Below are positions 8,108 to 17,337 of a stretch of 32,820 nt of DNA, one piece after another. Positions within the stretch are counted from its first letter, which is position 1, and every line of letters begins with the position of its first letter. Below the pieces are notes generated by a model, which ran no database searches, had not been told where the DNA came from, and was given only the letters and a program-made list of their open reading frames with translations. This stretch comes from Desulfurivibrio alkaliphilus (GTDB taxonomy: Bacteria > Desulfobacterota > Desulfobulbia > Desulfobulbales > Desulfurivibrionaceae), in the NCBI GenBank assembly GCA_011048585.1, contig DSDS01000011.1:1-32820 (forward strand). Direction: 5' to 3'. The translations under genes and the position numbers were made by a program.

Positions 8108-10278
8108 AAACCCCGTTGACTTTCGCCCTGGCCGGCAATCCCAACGCCGGCAAGACCACCCTCTTCAATGCCCTGACTGGAGCCCGCCAACACGTGGGCA
8201 ACTACCCGGGGGTCACCGTTGAGAGAAAGAGCGGGATTCACACTCTGCCCGACGGCACCAACTGTAATATCGTCGACCTGCCGGGAACCTACTCGCTCAC
8301 CGCCTACTCCATTGAAGAGGTGGTGGCCCGGGACTTCCTGGTTCAGGAGCGACCGGACGTGGTGATCAACATCGTCGACGCCTCCAACCTGGAACGCAAC
8401 CTCTACCTTACCATCCAGCTTATGGAGCTTGGCGTGCCGCTGATCATCGCCCTGAACATGATGGATGTGGCCCATGACCGGGGCATCGAGATCGACCCCG
8501 AGCGACTCTCCGCCCTGCTGGGGGTGCCGGTGGTACCCATCGTGGCCCGTGGCGGCAGGGGAATCAGCAACCTGATGGCGGAAGCCCACCGCCTGGGGCA
8601 GGACACCGCGGTCTGGCGGCCGCTGCGGGTCTCCTACGGGGAAGATCTGGACAGCATGCTGCTGCAGATGGAAAAGGTGATCGAGGAACATGACCTGCTG
8701 ACCGACACCTATTCGCCGCGCTGGCTGGCCATGAAGTATCTGGAGAACGACAGCCAGATCCGGGAGAAGGGGGCCCGCACCAGCCGGCAAGCCGCCACCC
8801 TTTTGGAGGGGATGGCCGCAGAGGCCACCCGCCATCATCAGGTTACCCTGGGGACTCTGCCCGAAGCCCTGATCGCCGACCAACGCTACGGCTTTATCAA
8901 GTCGGTCCTCCGCCAGGGGGTGTTAAGCCTGCGCCATGATCCCGACCGGCTCTACACCACCGACCGGATCGACCAGGTTCTCACCAACCGTCTGCTGGGG
9001 CCGGTGATCATGCTGGCGATCCTCTTCGGTCTCTACACCTTCACCTTCACCTACAGTGAACTGCCGGTGGCCTGGCTGGAAGGGTTTTTCGGCTGGATGG
9101 GGGACCTGGCCGAAGCCGCCCTGCCCGACGGCCCCCTCAAATCCCTGATCATCTCCGGGATAATCGACGGGGTTGGCGGAGTCCTGGGCTTCGTCCCCCT
9201 GATCATGTTCATGTTTTTCGGGATCGCGGTACTGGAAGACTCCGGCTACCTGGCCCGGGTGGCCTTCATGATGGACCGGGTCTTCCACACCTTTGGCCTC
9301 CATGGCAGCTCGGTGATGGCCTACATCGTTTCCGGGGGGATTGCCGGGGGCTGCGCGGTGCCGGGGGTAATGGCCACCCGCACCCTGAAATCGCGCCGCG
9401 AACGGTTGGCCACCCTGCTCACCGTCTCCTTCATGAACTGCGGCGCCAAGCTGCCGGTACTGGCTCTGCTCACCGCGGTCTTCTTTGCCGGCCGCCAGGC
9501 CATGGTGATGTTTCTCCTCACCCTGCTGGCCTGGGCGGTAGCCATGGTGGTGGCCAAAATCTATCGGCTCACCGTCCTCAAGGGGCCATCGACCCCCTTT
9601 GTCATGGAGCTGCCGCCCTACCGCTTTCCCACCCTCCGCGGCCTGCTGATTCACACTTGGGAGCGGACCTGGCACTATATCAAGAAGGCGGGCACGGTGA
9701 TTCTGGCCATCTCCGTCATCCTCTGGGCGATGATGACCTACCCCGGCCTACCGGACCAGGAGGAGGCGGAGTTTGCCGCCCAGCGGGAGTCGGCCCGGAG
9801 CGAATATTTTGCCAGCGAGGATGAGTTGGCTCAACGGCTGGGCGCCATTGACCGGCGGGAAGCGGAACGGAGCCTGGAGCTGTCCCTGGCGGGCAGGATC
9901 GGTCGCAGCCTGGAGGGGATCAGCCGGCTGGCCGGTTTCGATTGGCGAACCAACATCGCCCTGGTGGGCGGTTTCGCCGCCAAGGAGGTGGTGATATCTA
10001 CCCTGGGCACCGCTTACTCCCTGGGAGAAGTTGGTCCCGAAGCGAGCGAATCTTTGGCCACGACCCTGGCCAACGATCCGGCCTGGAATCCGGTCAAGGC
10101 CCTGGCGATGATGGTCTTCGTGATGTTCTACGCCCCCTGTTTCGTCACCGTGGTCTGTATCGCCCGGGAAGCGGGCTCCTGGAAGTGGGGGGCGCTGGCC
10201 ATGGGCTTCAACACCGTTTTCGCCTTTGCCATGGCGGTCCTGATATATCAGGTCGGCATGTTCCTGGGGCTGGGGTAG
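8104..10278 (+). CDS. feoB: Ferrous iron transport protein B
   Basis: GNPNAGKT (G1), GNYPGVTVE, DLPGTYSL (G3), NMMD (G4), LEDSGY, PFVMELPPY. ATGA overlap with feoA. Confidence 0.97.
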   Translation: MKTPLTFALAGNPNAGKTTLFNALTGARQHVGNYPGVTVERKSGIHTLPDGTNCNIVDLPGTYSLTAYSIEEVVARDFLVQERPDVVINIVDASNLERNLYLTIQLMELGVPLIIALNMMDVAHDRGIEIDPERLSALLGVPVVPIVARGGRGISNLMAEAHRLGQDTAVWRPLRVSYGEDLDSMLLQMEKVIEEHDLLTDTYSPRWLAMKYLENDSQIREKGARTSRQAATLLEGMAAEATRHHQVTLGTLPEALIADQRYGFIKSVLRQGVLSLRHDPDRLYTTDRIDQVLTNRLLGPVIMLAILFGLYTFTFTYSELPVAWLEGFFGWMGDLAEAALPDGPLKSLIISGIIDGVGGVLGFVPLIMFMFFGIAVLEDSGYLARVAFMMDRVFHTFGLHGSSVMAYIVSGGIAGGCAVPGVMATRTLKSRRERLATLLTVSFMNCGAKLPVLALLTAVFFAGRQAMVMFLLTLLAWAVAMVVAKIYRLTVLKGPSTPFVMELPPYRFPTLRGLLIHTWERTWHYIKKAGTVILAISVILWAMMTYPGLPDQEEAEFAAQRESARSEYFASEDELAQRLGAIDRREAERSLELSLAGRIGRSLEGISRLAGFDWRTNIALVGGFAAKEVVISTLGTAYSLGEVGPEASESLATTLANDPAWNPVKALAMMVFVMFYAPCFVTVVCIAREAGSWKWGALAMGFNTVFAFAMAVLIYQVGMFLGLG

Positions 10279-10298
10279 AGCCTCCGGGCCGGAGGCTC
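10278..10298. terminator. Hairpin between convergent feoB and purK
   Basis: GAGCCTCCGG-G-CCGGAGGCTC perfect inverted repeat. No U tracts, so terminator function is uncertain. Confidence 0.4.
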
Positions 10299-10303
10299 CC
10301 CGG

Positions 10304-11395
10304 CTAATCCAGGGTTTCCGGCACCATCTCCCGCAGCTCCTGGAGAGCCCCCTCGAGATCGGCGCCCGGCGGCAGAGAGAGGGTGGCATGCCCCACCTTG
10401 CGCCCCGGGGCCGACGATTTGCCGTAGGCGTGCAGATGGAGATTGGGGGTGGCCAGCAGGGCCGGAGTGTCGGGCAGCTCACCGATGAAATTGATCATCG
10501 CCGCCGGGCCGTTCAGGGCGGTATCCCCCAGGGGCCAACCGCTGATGGCCCGCAGGTGGTTCTCAAACTGGCTGGTAACCGTCCCCTCGATGGACCAGTG
10601 GCCGGAGTTGTGAACTCTGGGCGCGATCTCATTGGCCACCAGCTCGCCCCCCACCTGAAAAAATTCAAAGGCCAATACCCCGACATAGGCAAACTTCTCC
10701 ATCACCCGCCGGGTGTACTCCTCGGCCCGCTCCTGGTAGGGATCCGCGACGCAGGCCCGCGAGAGCCGGAGAATTCCCTGGCGGTGGGTGTTTTCCGCCA
10801 GGGGATAAAACTTCATCCCGCCATCCCGGCCCCGAACCGCCACCATGGACAACTCCCGTTCAAAGGGGACCAGGGATTCCAGAATTAACGGCGTGCCCCC
10901 CAGACCGGCCCAGGCCGCATCCAGATCGGAGGTTTGGCGCAGCACCGCCTGACCCTTGCCGTCATAGCCCAGGCGGCGAGTTTTGAGGACGGTCGGCAGC
11001 CCCAGTTCGGCGGCGGCCGCCGCCAGCTGCTGGCGGCTTTCCACCGGGCGATAGGCAGGAGTGGGAATAGCAAGCTCTTGAAAACATTCCTTTTCCCGCA
11101 GGCGATCCTGGGCCACCTCCAACACCGCCGGCTGGGGAAAAACCGGGCAGTGCCCGGCCAAAAAAGCCATGGCGGCCACCGGCACATTCTCAAACTCGAA
11201 GGTAACCAGATCCACCCGCCGGGCCAGGGCAGCCAAGGCCGCCTCATCGTCGAAGGCCGCCACGGTCAGGGGAGCCACCTGCCCCCCGCAGGCCTGGGGG
11301 TTGGGGTCGAGCATTTCAAAACGCAAACCCAGGGGGTAACCGGCCAGGGCCAGCATCCGCCCCAGCTGACCGGCCCCGATGATCCCCACCCTCAT
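10304..11395 (-). CDS. purK: N5-carboxyaminoimidazole ribonucleotide synthase
   Basis: [53 protein letters not shown]. Confidence 0.97.
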   Translation of the reverse strand: MRVGIIGAGQLGRMLALAGYPLGLRFEMLDPNPQACGGQVAPLTVAAFDDEAALAALARRVDLVTFEFENVPVAAMAFLAGHCPVFPQPAVLEVAQDRLREKECFQELAIPTPAYRPVESRQQLAAAAAELGLPTVLKTRRLGYDGKGQAVLRQTSDLDAAWAGLGGTPLILESLVPFERELSMVAVRGRDGGMKFYPLAENTHRQGILRLSRACVADPYQERAEEYTRRVMEKFAYVGVLAFEFFQVGGELVANEIAPRVHNSGHWSIEGTVTSQFENHLRAISGWPLGDTALNGPAAMINFIGELPDTPALLATPNLHLHAYGKSSAPGRKVGHATLSLPPGADLEGALQELREMVPETLD

Positions 11396-11898
11396 GATGA
11401 AACCCCCGTGGGCAGCCGGGGATCGGGGTCGGCCAGCACCGCCGCGGTCTGGGCGGCCCGGAATTTGTCCAGGGCTGCGGCCAGGCCGGAATCCTGATTG
11501 GCCAGGATGGAGACGGCCAGCAGGGCGGCGTTTTTGGCGCCGGCCGGGCCGATGGCCAGGGTCCCCACCGGAATCCCGCCGGGCATCTGGGCGATGGAGA
11601 GCAGGGAATCAAGCCCGTTTAAGGCCTTGGACTGCACCGGCACCCCCAAAATCGGCAGAGTGCTGCGGGCGGCCACCATCCCGGGCAGATGGGCGGCGCC
11701 CCCGGCGCCGGCGATAATGACCCTAAGTCCGCGCTGCCGGGCACTACCGGCATATTCATACAGCAGCTCGGGGGTGCGATGGGCGGAAACCACCCGTACC
11801 TCGTGAGGCACCGCGAACTGTTCCAGAACCTCAACGGCATGGCGCATGGTCTCCCAGTCGCTGCGGGAACCCATGATTACTCCAACCTGGGCATCCAT
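11392..11898 (-). CDS. purE: N5-CAIR mutase (class I PurE)
   Basis: [35 protein letters not shown]. Confidence 0.97.
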   Translation of the reverse strand: MDAQVGVIMGSRSDWETMRHAVEVLEQFAVPHEVRVVSAHRTPELLYEYAGSARQRGLRVIIAGAGGAAHLPGMVAARSTLPILGVPVQSKALNGLDSLLSIAQMPGGIPVGTLAIGPAGAKNAALLAVSILANQDSGLAAALDKFRAAQTAAVLADPDPRLPTGVSS

Positions 11899-12123
11899 CG
11901 GCTTTGCTCACCTCATCAAAATTTGGGTTAAGGACAATTACCAGCGCGATTATAGCCAACTTCTTAATCGGCGGAAAGTTAATATCTACAAAATCCAGGC
12001 ATGGACATGAACCCGGAAGCACCAAAAAAAAGGGACCGCGCAGCACCGCCGGGCAGGCGGAGCCACACGGCCCTCCTTATTCGCAATCCACCCTCACCGC
12101 CGCGGGGCGGCAAGGAATCTGCT

Positions 12124-12804
12124 TTAGTTCAGCTCCTTCATGATCGCCTCGGTAACCTCGCCGATGGAGGGGCGACCATCCACCGAGATCACCTTGGTGT
12201 CGCCGCCCAGCCCCTTGAAGAAGTTGACCGCCGCCATGGTCCCGGTTTTATCATCGTAGTAGATATCGTGCCGCTTGTCGATGGCGGCGTCATCCTGGTC
12301 GTCGGGGCGGGTTTTCAGCTCACCGCCGCAGACCCGGCAAACCATCTTGCCGTCCTTCTCCACCGGCTTGATGGCATCGAAGGCGATATGGTTGGGATGG
12401 TTGTTGTCGTTAACGCAGAGCCGCCGGCCGGTGATCCGCAACTTGGCCACGTCCCGGGGCAGCACGATCTCAATTACGTAGTCCAGGTTCATCCCGGCAT
12501 CCTTCAGGGCCTTGGCCAGGGTTTCGGCCTGCACCTTGTTGCGGGGAAAACCATCCAGAATCCAGCCTTTCTGGCAATCACTCTCCTGCAGGCGGTTGAG
12601 GATCATGGGGATGGTGATATCATCGGGGACCAGATCACCACGATCGATATAGGCCTTGGCCTTTTTGCCCAGCTCGGTACCGCCACCGATATTTTGCCGG
12701 AAGATCGCTCCCGACTCGATGTGGGGCATCCCGTATTTTTTCTGGATAATGGCACCTTGGGTGCCCTTGCCACTGCCGTTGGGTCCGAATACCAGAATGT
12801 TCAT
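12124..12804 (-). CDS. adk: Adenylate kinase with metal-binding LID
   Basis: GPNGSGKGTQ P-loop, GWILDGFPR, LID motif C-X5-H-X19-C-X2-C. RBS AAGGAG. Confidence 0.97.
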   Translation of the reverse strand: MNILVFGPNGSGKGTQGAIIQKKYGMPHIESGAIFRQNIGGGTELGKKAKAYIDRGDLVPDDITIPMILNRLQESDCQKGWILDGFPRNKVQAETLAKALKDAGMNLDYVIEIVLPRDVAKLRITGRRLCVNDNNHPNHIAFDAIKPVEKDGKMVCRVCGGELKTRPDDQDDAAIDKRHDIYYDDKTGTMAAVNFFKGLGGDTKVISVDGRPSIGEVTEAIMKELN

Positions 12805-12867
12805 CGGCTCTCTCCTTGCGTGGGGGTTAATATAGTATGGTTAAGGCTCGGTAAATTTCAGGCCCGA

Positions 12868-12896
12868 ACTATAAACCACCCCGGCGGGAAAGCCAA
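12868..12896 (-). promoter_or_regulatory. Sigma70-type promoter for adk
   Basis: Minus strand TTGGCT-17 bp-TATAGT. Confidence 0.5.
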
Positions 12897-12986
12897 ACAA
12901 AAGATAGCCACCCTCTACCACAGCAGGATCTGCGGGAACGGTAACAGGGGGAGGGCTCAGGCCCGCGACTGGCTGAGGAGATGGGG

Positions 12987-13100
12987 CTACCGGGCGTGGA
13001 GCCTTCGAAACTCGAGAATCAGGGCCTGACGGGCGGCGGTATCCATACGGAAATAGAGAGGGGAGAGCATCAGAATGCGGATCGCTTCTTGAACAGTCAT
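12987..13100 (-). CDS. Small 37-aa protein MTVQEAIRILMLSPLYFRMDTAARQALILEFRRLHAR
   Basis: Strong SD AAGGAGGTG 5 nt before ATG 13100. Looks amphipathic and helical. Co-oriented downstream of the DEAD-box gene. Confidence 0.65.
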   Translation of the reverse strand: MTVQEAIRILMLSPLYFRMDTAARQALILEFRRLHAR

Positions 13101-13181
13101 GGCGTCACCTCCTTGAGCCGGCTGCAATTCTGCCGGCGCAGAGCTTTTGCCGAACTGATCGGCACAAGGAGGTGAAACCAT
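13099..13181 (-). promoter_or_regulatory. Anti-SD RNA hairpin sequestering the RBS and start of the 37-aa ORF
   Basis: TCACCTCCTTGAGCCG (13105-13120) and CGGCACAAGGAGGTGA (13160-13175) are complementary at 15/16 positions. The stem extends through ATGG/CCAT. Inner TCTGC/GCAGA stem. Confidence 0.7.
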
Positions 13182-13184
13182 TAA

Positions 13185-14294
13185 TCAGCCGGCTGACGGC
13201 TTCCGCAGCATGGGCTGACCCAGGGATTTTTCAATCCGGCTGATCATCGGCCCGTCTTCACGCCCGGCTAGGGTAAAGGCGGTCCCGCTACTGGCCGCCC
13301 GGCCGGTACGGCCGGTGCGATGGATGTATGCCTCTACGCTGTCGGGCATATCATAGTTGATGACATGGGAGATGGCCGAGATATCGATGCCCCGGGCGGC
13401 GATATCGGTGGCCACCATGATCTTGAACCGCCCCTCCTTAAAACCGCTCATGGCCCGGGTGCGCTGGGACTGGGAGAGGTTGCCCTGCAGCGAGGTGGCG
13501 CTGTGGCCGGCCTTGCTGAGTTGGGTGGCCAGGCTGCGGGCCTTGTGTTTGGTGCGGGTGAAGATCAGGGCCGAGCTGATCTCGGCCTGCTGCATGAGAT
13601 CCCTGAGCAGAGCCGCCTTACCGGGCTGCTCCACCTGGTAGAGGACATGGGCCACAGTGGCGGTGGGGGCCTGCCGAGCAACCTGCACGGTGGCCGGATC
13701 GGTGAGGATTTCGCCGGCCAGCCGCCTGATCTCCGCCGGCATGGTGGCGGAAAAGAGCAAGGTTTGCCGCTGCTTGGGCAGATGCTGCAAAATTTTGCGA
13801 ATGGTAGGCAAAAAACCCATGTCGAACATATGGTCGGCCTCATCGAGGACCAGGTGCTTGACCTGACTCAGGTTTACCGCCCTCTCACCCAGATGATCAA
13901 GCAGGCGCCCCGGACAGGCCACCACAATCTCTACTCCGGCCCGAAAGGCTTTGAGCTGTCCCTGCTTACTGACTCCACCGTACACGCTGACACTGCGCAG
14001 ACCGGTGTTTTTGCCCAGCTTGCCGATCTCGATATGGATCTGTTCGGCCAGCTCCCGGGTGGGCGCCACCACCAGGGCCTGTACCTTCCCCCGGGGGAGA
14101 GCCAGCAGCTGATGGAGCAGGGGCAGAACGAAGGCGGCGGTTTTGCCGGTCCCGGTCTGGGCCAGTCCCATCAGATCCCGGCCGAGCAGGGCGGTTGGAA
14201 TCGCCTGCTCCTGAATGGGGGTGGGGGTTTGATAGCCGCAGGCGGTGATACCGGCCTGCAGGGTGGGGTGCAGATTAAGTTCCTCGAAATTCAT
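13185..14294 (-). CDS. DEAD-box RNA helicase (RhlE-like, no long C-terminal tail)
   Basis: GYQTPTPIQ (Q motif), AQTGTGKT, PTRELA, DEAD, SAT, ARGID, HRTGRTGR. Confidence 0.95.
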   Translation of the reverse strand: MNFEELNLHPTLQAGITACGYQTPTPIQEQAIPTALLGRDLMGLAQTGTGKTAAFVLPLLHQLLALPRGKVQALVVAPTRELAEQIHIEIGKLGKNTGLRSVSVYGGVSKQGQLKAFRAGVEIVVACPGRLLDHLGERAVNLSQVKHLVLDEADHMFDMGFLPTIRKILQHLPKQRQTLLFSATMPAEIRRLAGEILTDPATVQVARQAPTATVAHVLYQVEQPGKAALLRDLMQQAEISSALIFTRTKHKARSLATQLSKAGHSATSLQGNLSQSQRTRAMSGFKEGRFKIMVATDIAARGIDISAISHVINYDMPDSVEAYIHRTGRTGRAASSGTAFTLAGREDGPMISRIEKSLGQPMLRKPSAG

Positions 14295-14309
14295 CCTTTA
14301 AAATCTCCT

Positions 14310-14576
14310 TTACCAGCGACGGCTCTTATTTTTAACCGGCGGCTTGGCCTCGTTGACCACCAGGGCACGATTGTTAATCATCTTGCCGTTGAGGTCCTCC
14401 ATCGCCTTGTGCCCTTCGCCCCGGGTGGACATCTCGACAAAGGCAAACCCCTTCGACTGTCCGCTGTCACGATCATTAACGATGGCGGCACTGTTGATTG
14501 TGCCGTAGGGAGCGAACATCTCGTTCAGCTCGGTCTCGGTCATACTGTAGGCAAGGTTGCCGACATAAAGTTTCAT
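14310..14576 (-). CDS. RRM (RNP-1) RNA-binding protein
   Basis: LYVGNL (RNP2), KGFAFVEM (RNP1), LVVNEAKP. RBS AAGGAG. Confidence 0.95.
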   Translation of the reverse strand: MKLYVGNLAYSMTETELNEMFAPYGTINSAAIVNDRDSGQSKGFAFVEMSTRGEGHKAMEDLNGKMINNRALVVNEAKPPVKNKSRRW

Positions 14577-14714
14577 GCTGTTTCTCCTTGGGTTAAGTGG
14601 TCAGCAGAAACTTTAAGCGAAGGTTCAATTCAAGGGCGGGAAAGGCACGCGGGAGAAAGGAAGGCTCGTTAAACGAGTATGCTCAGCACTTGAGATTAGA
14701 CTGATTAGCTAAGT

Positions 14715-14743
14715 AGCATACCAGGATTCAAGTCACTTAGCAA
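14715..14743 (-). promoter_or_regulatory. Sigma70-type promoter for the RRM-helicase-small ORF operon
   Basis: Minus strand TTGCTA-17 bp-TATGCT with extended TG. Implies a 5' UTR of about 130 nt. Confidence 0.55.
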
Positions 14744-14930
14744 GAACTGCTTTGAAGTTAGCTTCCCGCCGTAGAGCTCCCTAATCAACAGCAGTCGGGC
14801 CGCGAAAAAGCCGGGGGAGGACTGGAAGTAAAACCGGCCCAGGAAAGCTGGTTTTTTTTGACCAACGGCAAGCAGGGGAAGATGCGACAGCAGCATGGGG
14901 CTATCCCTCCCGGGAAACCGGCTGCAGCGG

Positions 14931-15746
14931 TTAGTGGCGCTCCAGTTCGGCGGCCAGCAGGGAGAGATGCTGTTTCTCCTCGGCGGCCAGGGCCAAAAAC
15001 AGCTCGCGGCTGGCGGCGACTTCGCTGTGACGGGCCAGGCGAAGGTAGAGATCCAGGGCCTGGGTCTCCAGCCCCATGGCTTCGGCCAGCAGCTCTGGGG
15101 GCGTGGCGGCGGCCAGCAGGGCGGCAAGGGCGGTATCATCCGGGCGCCGCCCCCCTTCCAGCAGTTCCCCCTCCCGGCCGGGAGGGACCTCGTGGCCGGT
15201 CCGCTCGCAGTACTCTTGGAGCAGGCGGGCCTTATGCCCCTCTTCCAGGGCGGCCAGCCGCTCCCAGGTTGATCGAAACCCCGATTCCCCGGCCTGACCG
15301 GCCAGGTGGAGGTAGAATTGCCGCAACCCCTCCTCCATGGCGTAGGCCAAGGCGGCGGCCTGCTCATATTCGGCCCCGGCCGGCAAAAGCTCCAGGCCGG
15401 CGGCAAAAGGGCCCGTCGCCCGCTCTCCCTCCCAAGCCTTGATGCCGCCGGCCAGGTTGTAAACCTCTTTGAAGCCCTGCCCGCTGAGCAGCTGGGCGGC
15501 GGCTCGGCTGCGCCCCCCCACCGCGCAATAGGCGATTACCGGCTGGTCTGGGTTCAGTTCATCCAGGCGATCAGGCAGCTCCCGGATGGGAATCAACCGG
15601 GCGCCCGGCAGGTGCCCCTCCTCATATTCCCGGGGCTGACGGACGTCCAGCAGTTGGAAATCGTCGGCCGGATGGGAGTCCATATAGTCCCGCGCCTCAG
15701 CCGGGCTCAGATTGGCTATGGGGGTGAAGAGTTTTCTCCAGTTCAT
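14931..15746 (-). CDS. Rhodanese domain + ferritin/rubrerythrin-like domain fusion
   Basis: LLDVRQPREYEEGHLPGA, active loop CAVGGRS, LAGGIKAW. Then AMEEGLRQFY, LEEGH, LETQALDLY, EEKQH (two ExxH diiron-type motifs). Confidence 0.88.
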   Translation of the reverse strand: MNWRKLFTPIANLSPAEARDYMDSHPADDFQLLDVRQPREYEEGHLPGARLIPIRELPDRLDELNPDQPVIAYCAVGGRSRAAAQLLSGQGFKEVYNLAGGIKAWEGERATGPFAAGLELLPAGAEYEQAAALAYAMEEGLRQFYLHLAGQAGESGFRSTWERLAALEEGHKARLLQEYCERTGHEVPPGREGELLEGGRRPDDTALAALLAAATPPELLAEAMGLETQALDLYLRLARHSEVAASRELFLALAAEEKQHLSLLAAELERH

Positions 15747-15769
15747 CGGCGACCTCCTCCAGGTTCATC

Positions 15770-16570
15770 CTACCGAGTGTAGCGGGTAAAGGGCATGGCC
15801 AGCAGGCGGAAAAAACCCAGCTGTTTGAACTCGCGGTGGGAGCCGATGCCGATCAATATTCCCTCCTGCTCCACCCGGGTCAGCAGGGTCCCGAAAAAAC
15901 GATCCCAGATGGAGAAAATAACCCCGTAGTTGGTATCACGCTCCTTGATCTTGACCGAATGGTGGATTCGATGGAGAAAGGGAGGCACCAGCAGCAGCAC
16001 CCAGATCTTTTCAAAAACCGGGCTGATCCGCAGGCTGCTGTGGTGAAACTGAATGGAAAGGTTGACCAGGATCTCAAAGAGCAGGTAGGCCATCAGGGGG
16101 ATGCCGAAGGTGTAAATCACCGCCAAACGGACCAGGCCGGAAAGGAGAATTTCGCCAAGATGAAACCGGCTGGCGGTGGAGACATCCATGTTCATGTCGC
16201 TGTGATGCACCCGATGAAACCGCCACAAAAGGGGAACCTGATGGTTGAGCAGGTGCCAGAGCCAGATAAAAAAGTCAAGAATCAACACCCCGGCCGCAAG
16301 TTTGAGCCAGTAGGGCATTGCGATGGCATTGAGCAGCCCCAGGTTATGCTCCTGAGCCAGAAGCATCAGGCCGGCGATGGAGCTCCCGAAGATCAGGATA
16401 TAGACCACCCCGTTGACCATCGCCAAAGGCAGATTGGTCAGCCAGCGCCGGGCTTTGGAAACCGTGGACGGCCGATAGCTGTAGGCCAGCTCGATCAGCA
16501 AAAAAAGCAGTACCCCGCCCAGGTAGGCGGGCAACTTAAGCACCTCCAGGGTTTCCCATTCCAGGCTCAT
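15770..16570 (-). CDS. Sterol desaturase / fatty acid hydroxylase family membrane protein
   Basis: His boxes WHLLNH, FHRVHH, FHH, HRIHH, plus TNYG...WDRFFGT. Confidence 0.9.
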   Translation of the reverse strand: MSLEWETLEVLKLPAYLGGVLLFLLIELAYSYRPSTVSKARRWLTNLPLAMVNGVVYILIFGSSIAGLMLLAQEHNLGLLNAIAMPYWLKLAAGVLILDFFIWLWHLLNHQVPLLWRFHRVHHSDMNMDVSTASRFHLGEILLSGLVRLAVIYTFGIPLMAYLLFEILVNLSIQFHHSSLRISPVFEKIWVLLLVPPFLHRIHHSVKIKERDTNYGVIFSIWDRFFGTLLTRVEQEGILIGIGSHREFKQLGFFRLLAMPFTRYTR

Positions 16571-17328
16571 AGCTTTGGCTCCTCCAGCTCCAGATCGGCC
16601 AGCACCGGCAAGTGGTCGCTGGCGATTTTGGAAATTTGCATCCGGCAGCGCTGCCGCTTACGGATGGTCAACGGCCCGCGAACAAAGATCTTATCCAGGC
16701 CGCCGGTGGGCGAGAAAGAGGGATAGGTGAGGTAGGGGCTCTGAAAATTCTCCTGGTGGCTGGAGGCGCAACGAAAACCCATGATCTCGGTAAACATGGG
16801 GGCCAGCCGGGTAAACCAGTCGTTGAAATCTCCGGCCACAATACAGGGCGCTTCCAAGGGCAACTCGACAAACTCCGGCGATTTGACCACCATCCCCACC
16901 TGTTTGGGACGCTCATAAAAAGAGAGGCCCAAGTGGAGGTTGAAGAGCGCCAGCGAGGCGGCATCCCCACCTTGCGGGCTCTCCACCTCGATGCGGGTAA
17001 AGAGGCAGCCCCGAGCCTTATGCCCGGGCAGGGTCAGATCAATATTGCGCTGGCTGGAGATGGGAAACCGGCTTAAGGTGGCATTGCCATAGTGGCCCTG
17101 GGTCAGGGCGACATTAAGGCCCAGGGCCCGATGGGCGTAACCGCAGAGCCCGGCGAACTCCTCGGCCAGGTCCAGGTTGCGGGAACGGGGCACCCCCACA
17201 TCCACCTCCTGCAGCAGCAGAATATCCGGCTGGTGGTGTTCAATGATCCGGGCGATCCGTTCCGGCCGGAAGCGGCGATCCACTCCGATGGCCCGGTGGA
17301 TGTTGTAGGACATCACGCGCAAGGGCAT
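16567..17328 (-). CDS. Endonuclease/exonuclease/phosphatase (EEP) family hydrolase (YbhP/ElsH-like)
   Basis: MSYNIH, LQEVD, YGNATLSRFP, NLHLGL, AGDFND, LDKIF, ASDHLP. Confidence 0.92.
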   Translation of the reverse strand: MPLRVMSYNIHRAIGVDRRFRPERIARIIEHHQPDILLLQEVDVGVPRSRNLDLAEEFAGLCGYAHRALGLNVALTQGHYGNATLSRFPISSQRNIDLTLPGHKARGCLFTRIEVESPQGGDAASLALFNLHLGLSFYERPKQVGMVVKSPEFVELPLEAPCIVAGDFNDWFTRLAPMFTEIMGFRCASSHQENFQSPYLTYPSFSPTGGLDKIFVRGPLTIRKRQRCRMQISKIASDHLPVLADLELEEPKL

Positions 17329-17337
17329 GGTTCCGCC

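Noticed and set aside
12024-12075. Terminator after adk
   Set aside because: An A run is present, but the stem (AGGGACCGCG/CACGGCCCT) is imperfect with a large loop. Plausible, but too weak to call.
13167-13175. Perfect SD (AGGAGGTGA) on the plus strand suggesting a hidden gene
   Set aside because: No suitable start codon follows (AACCATTAA). It is better explained as the complement of the anti-SD arm of the minus-strand hairpin.
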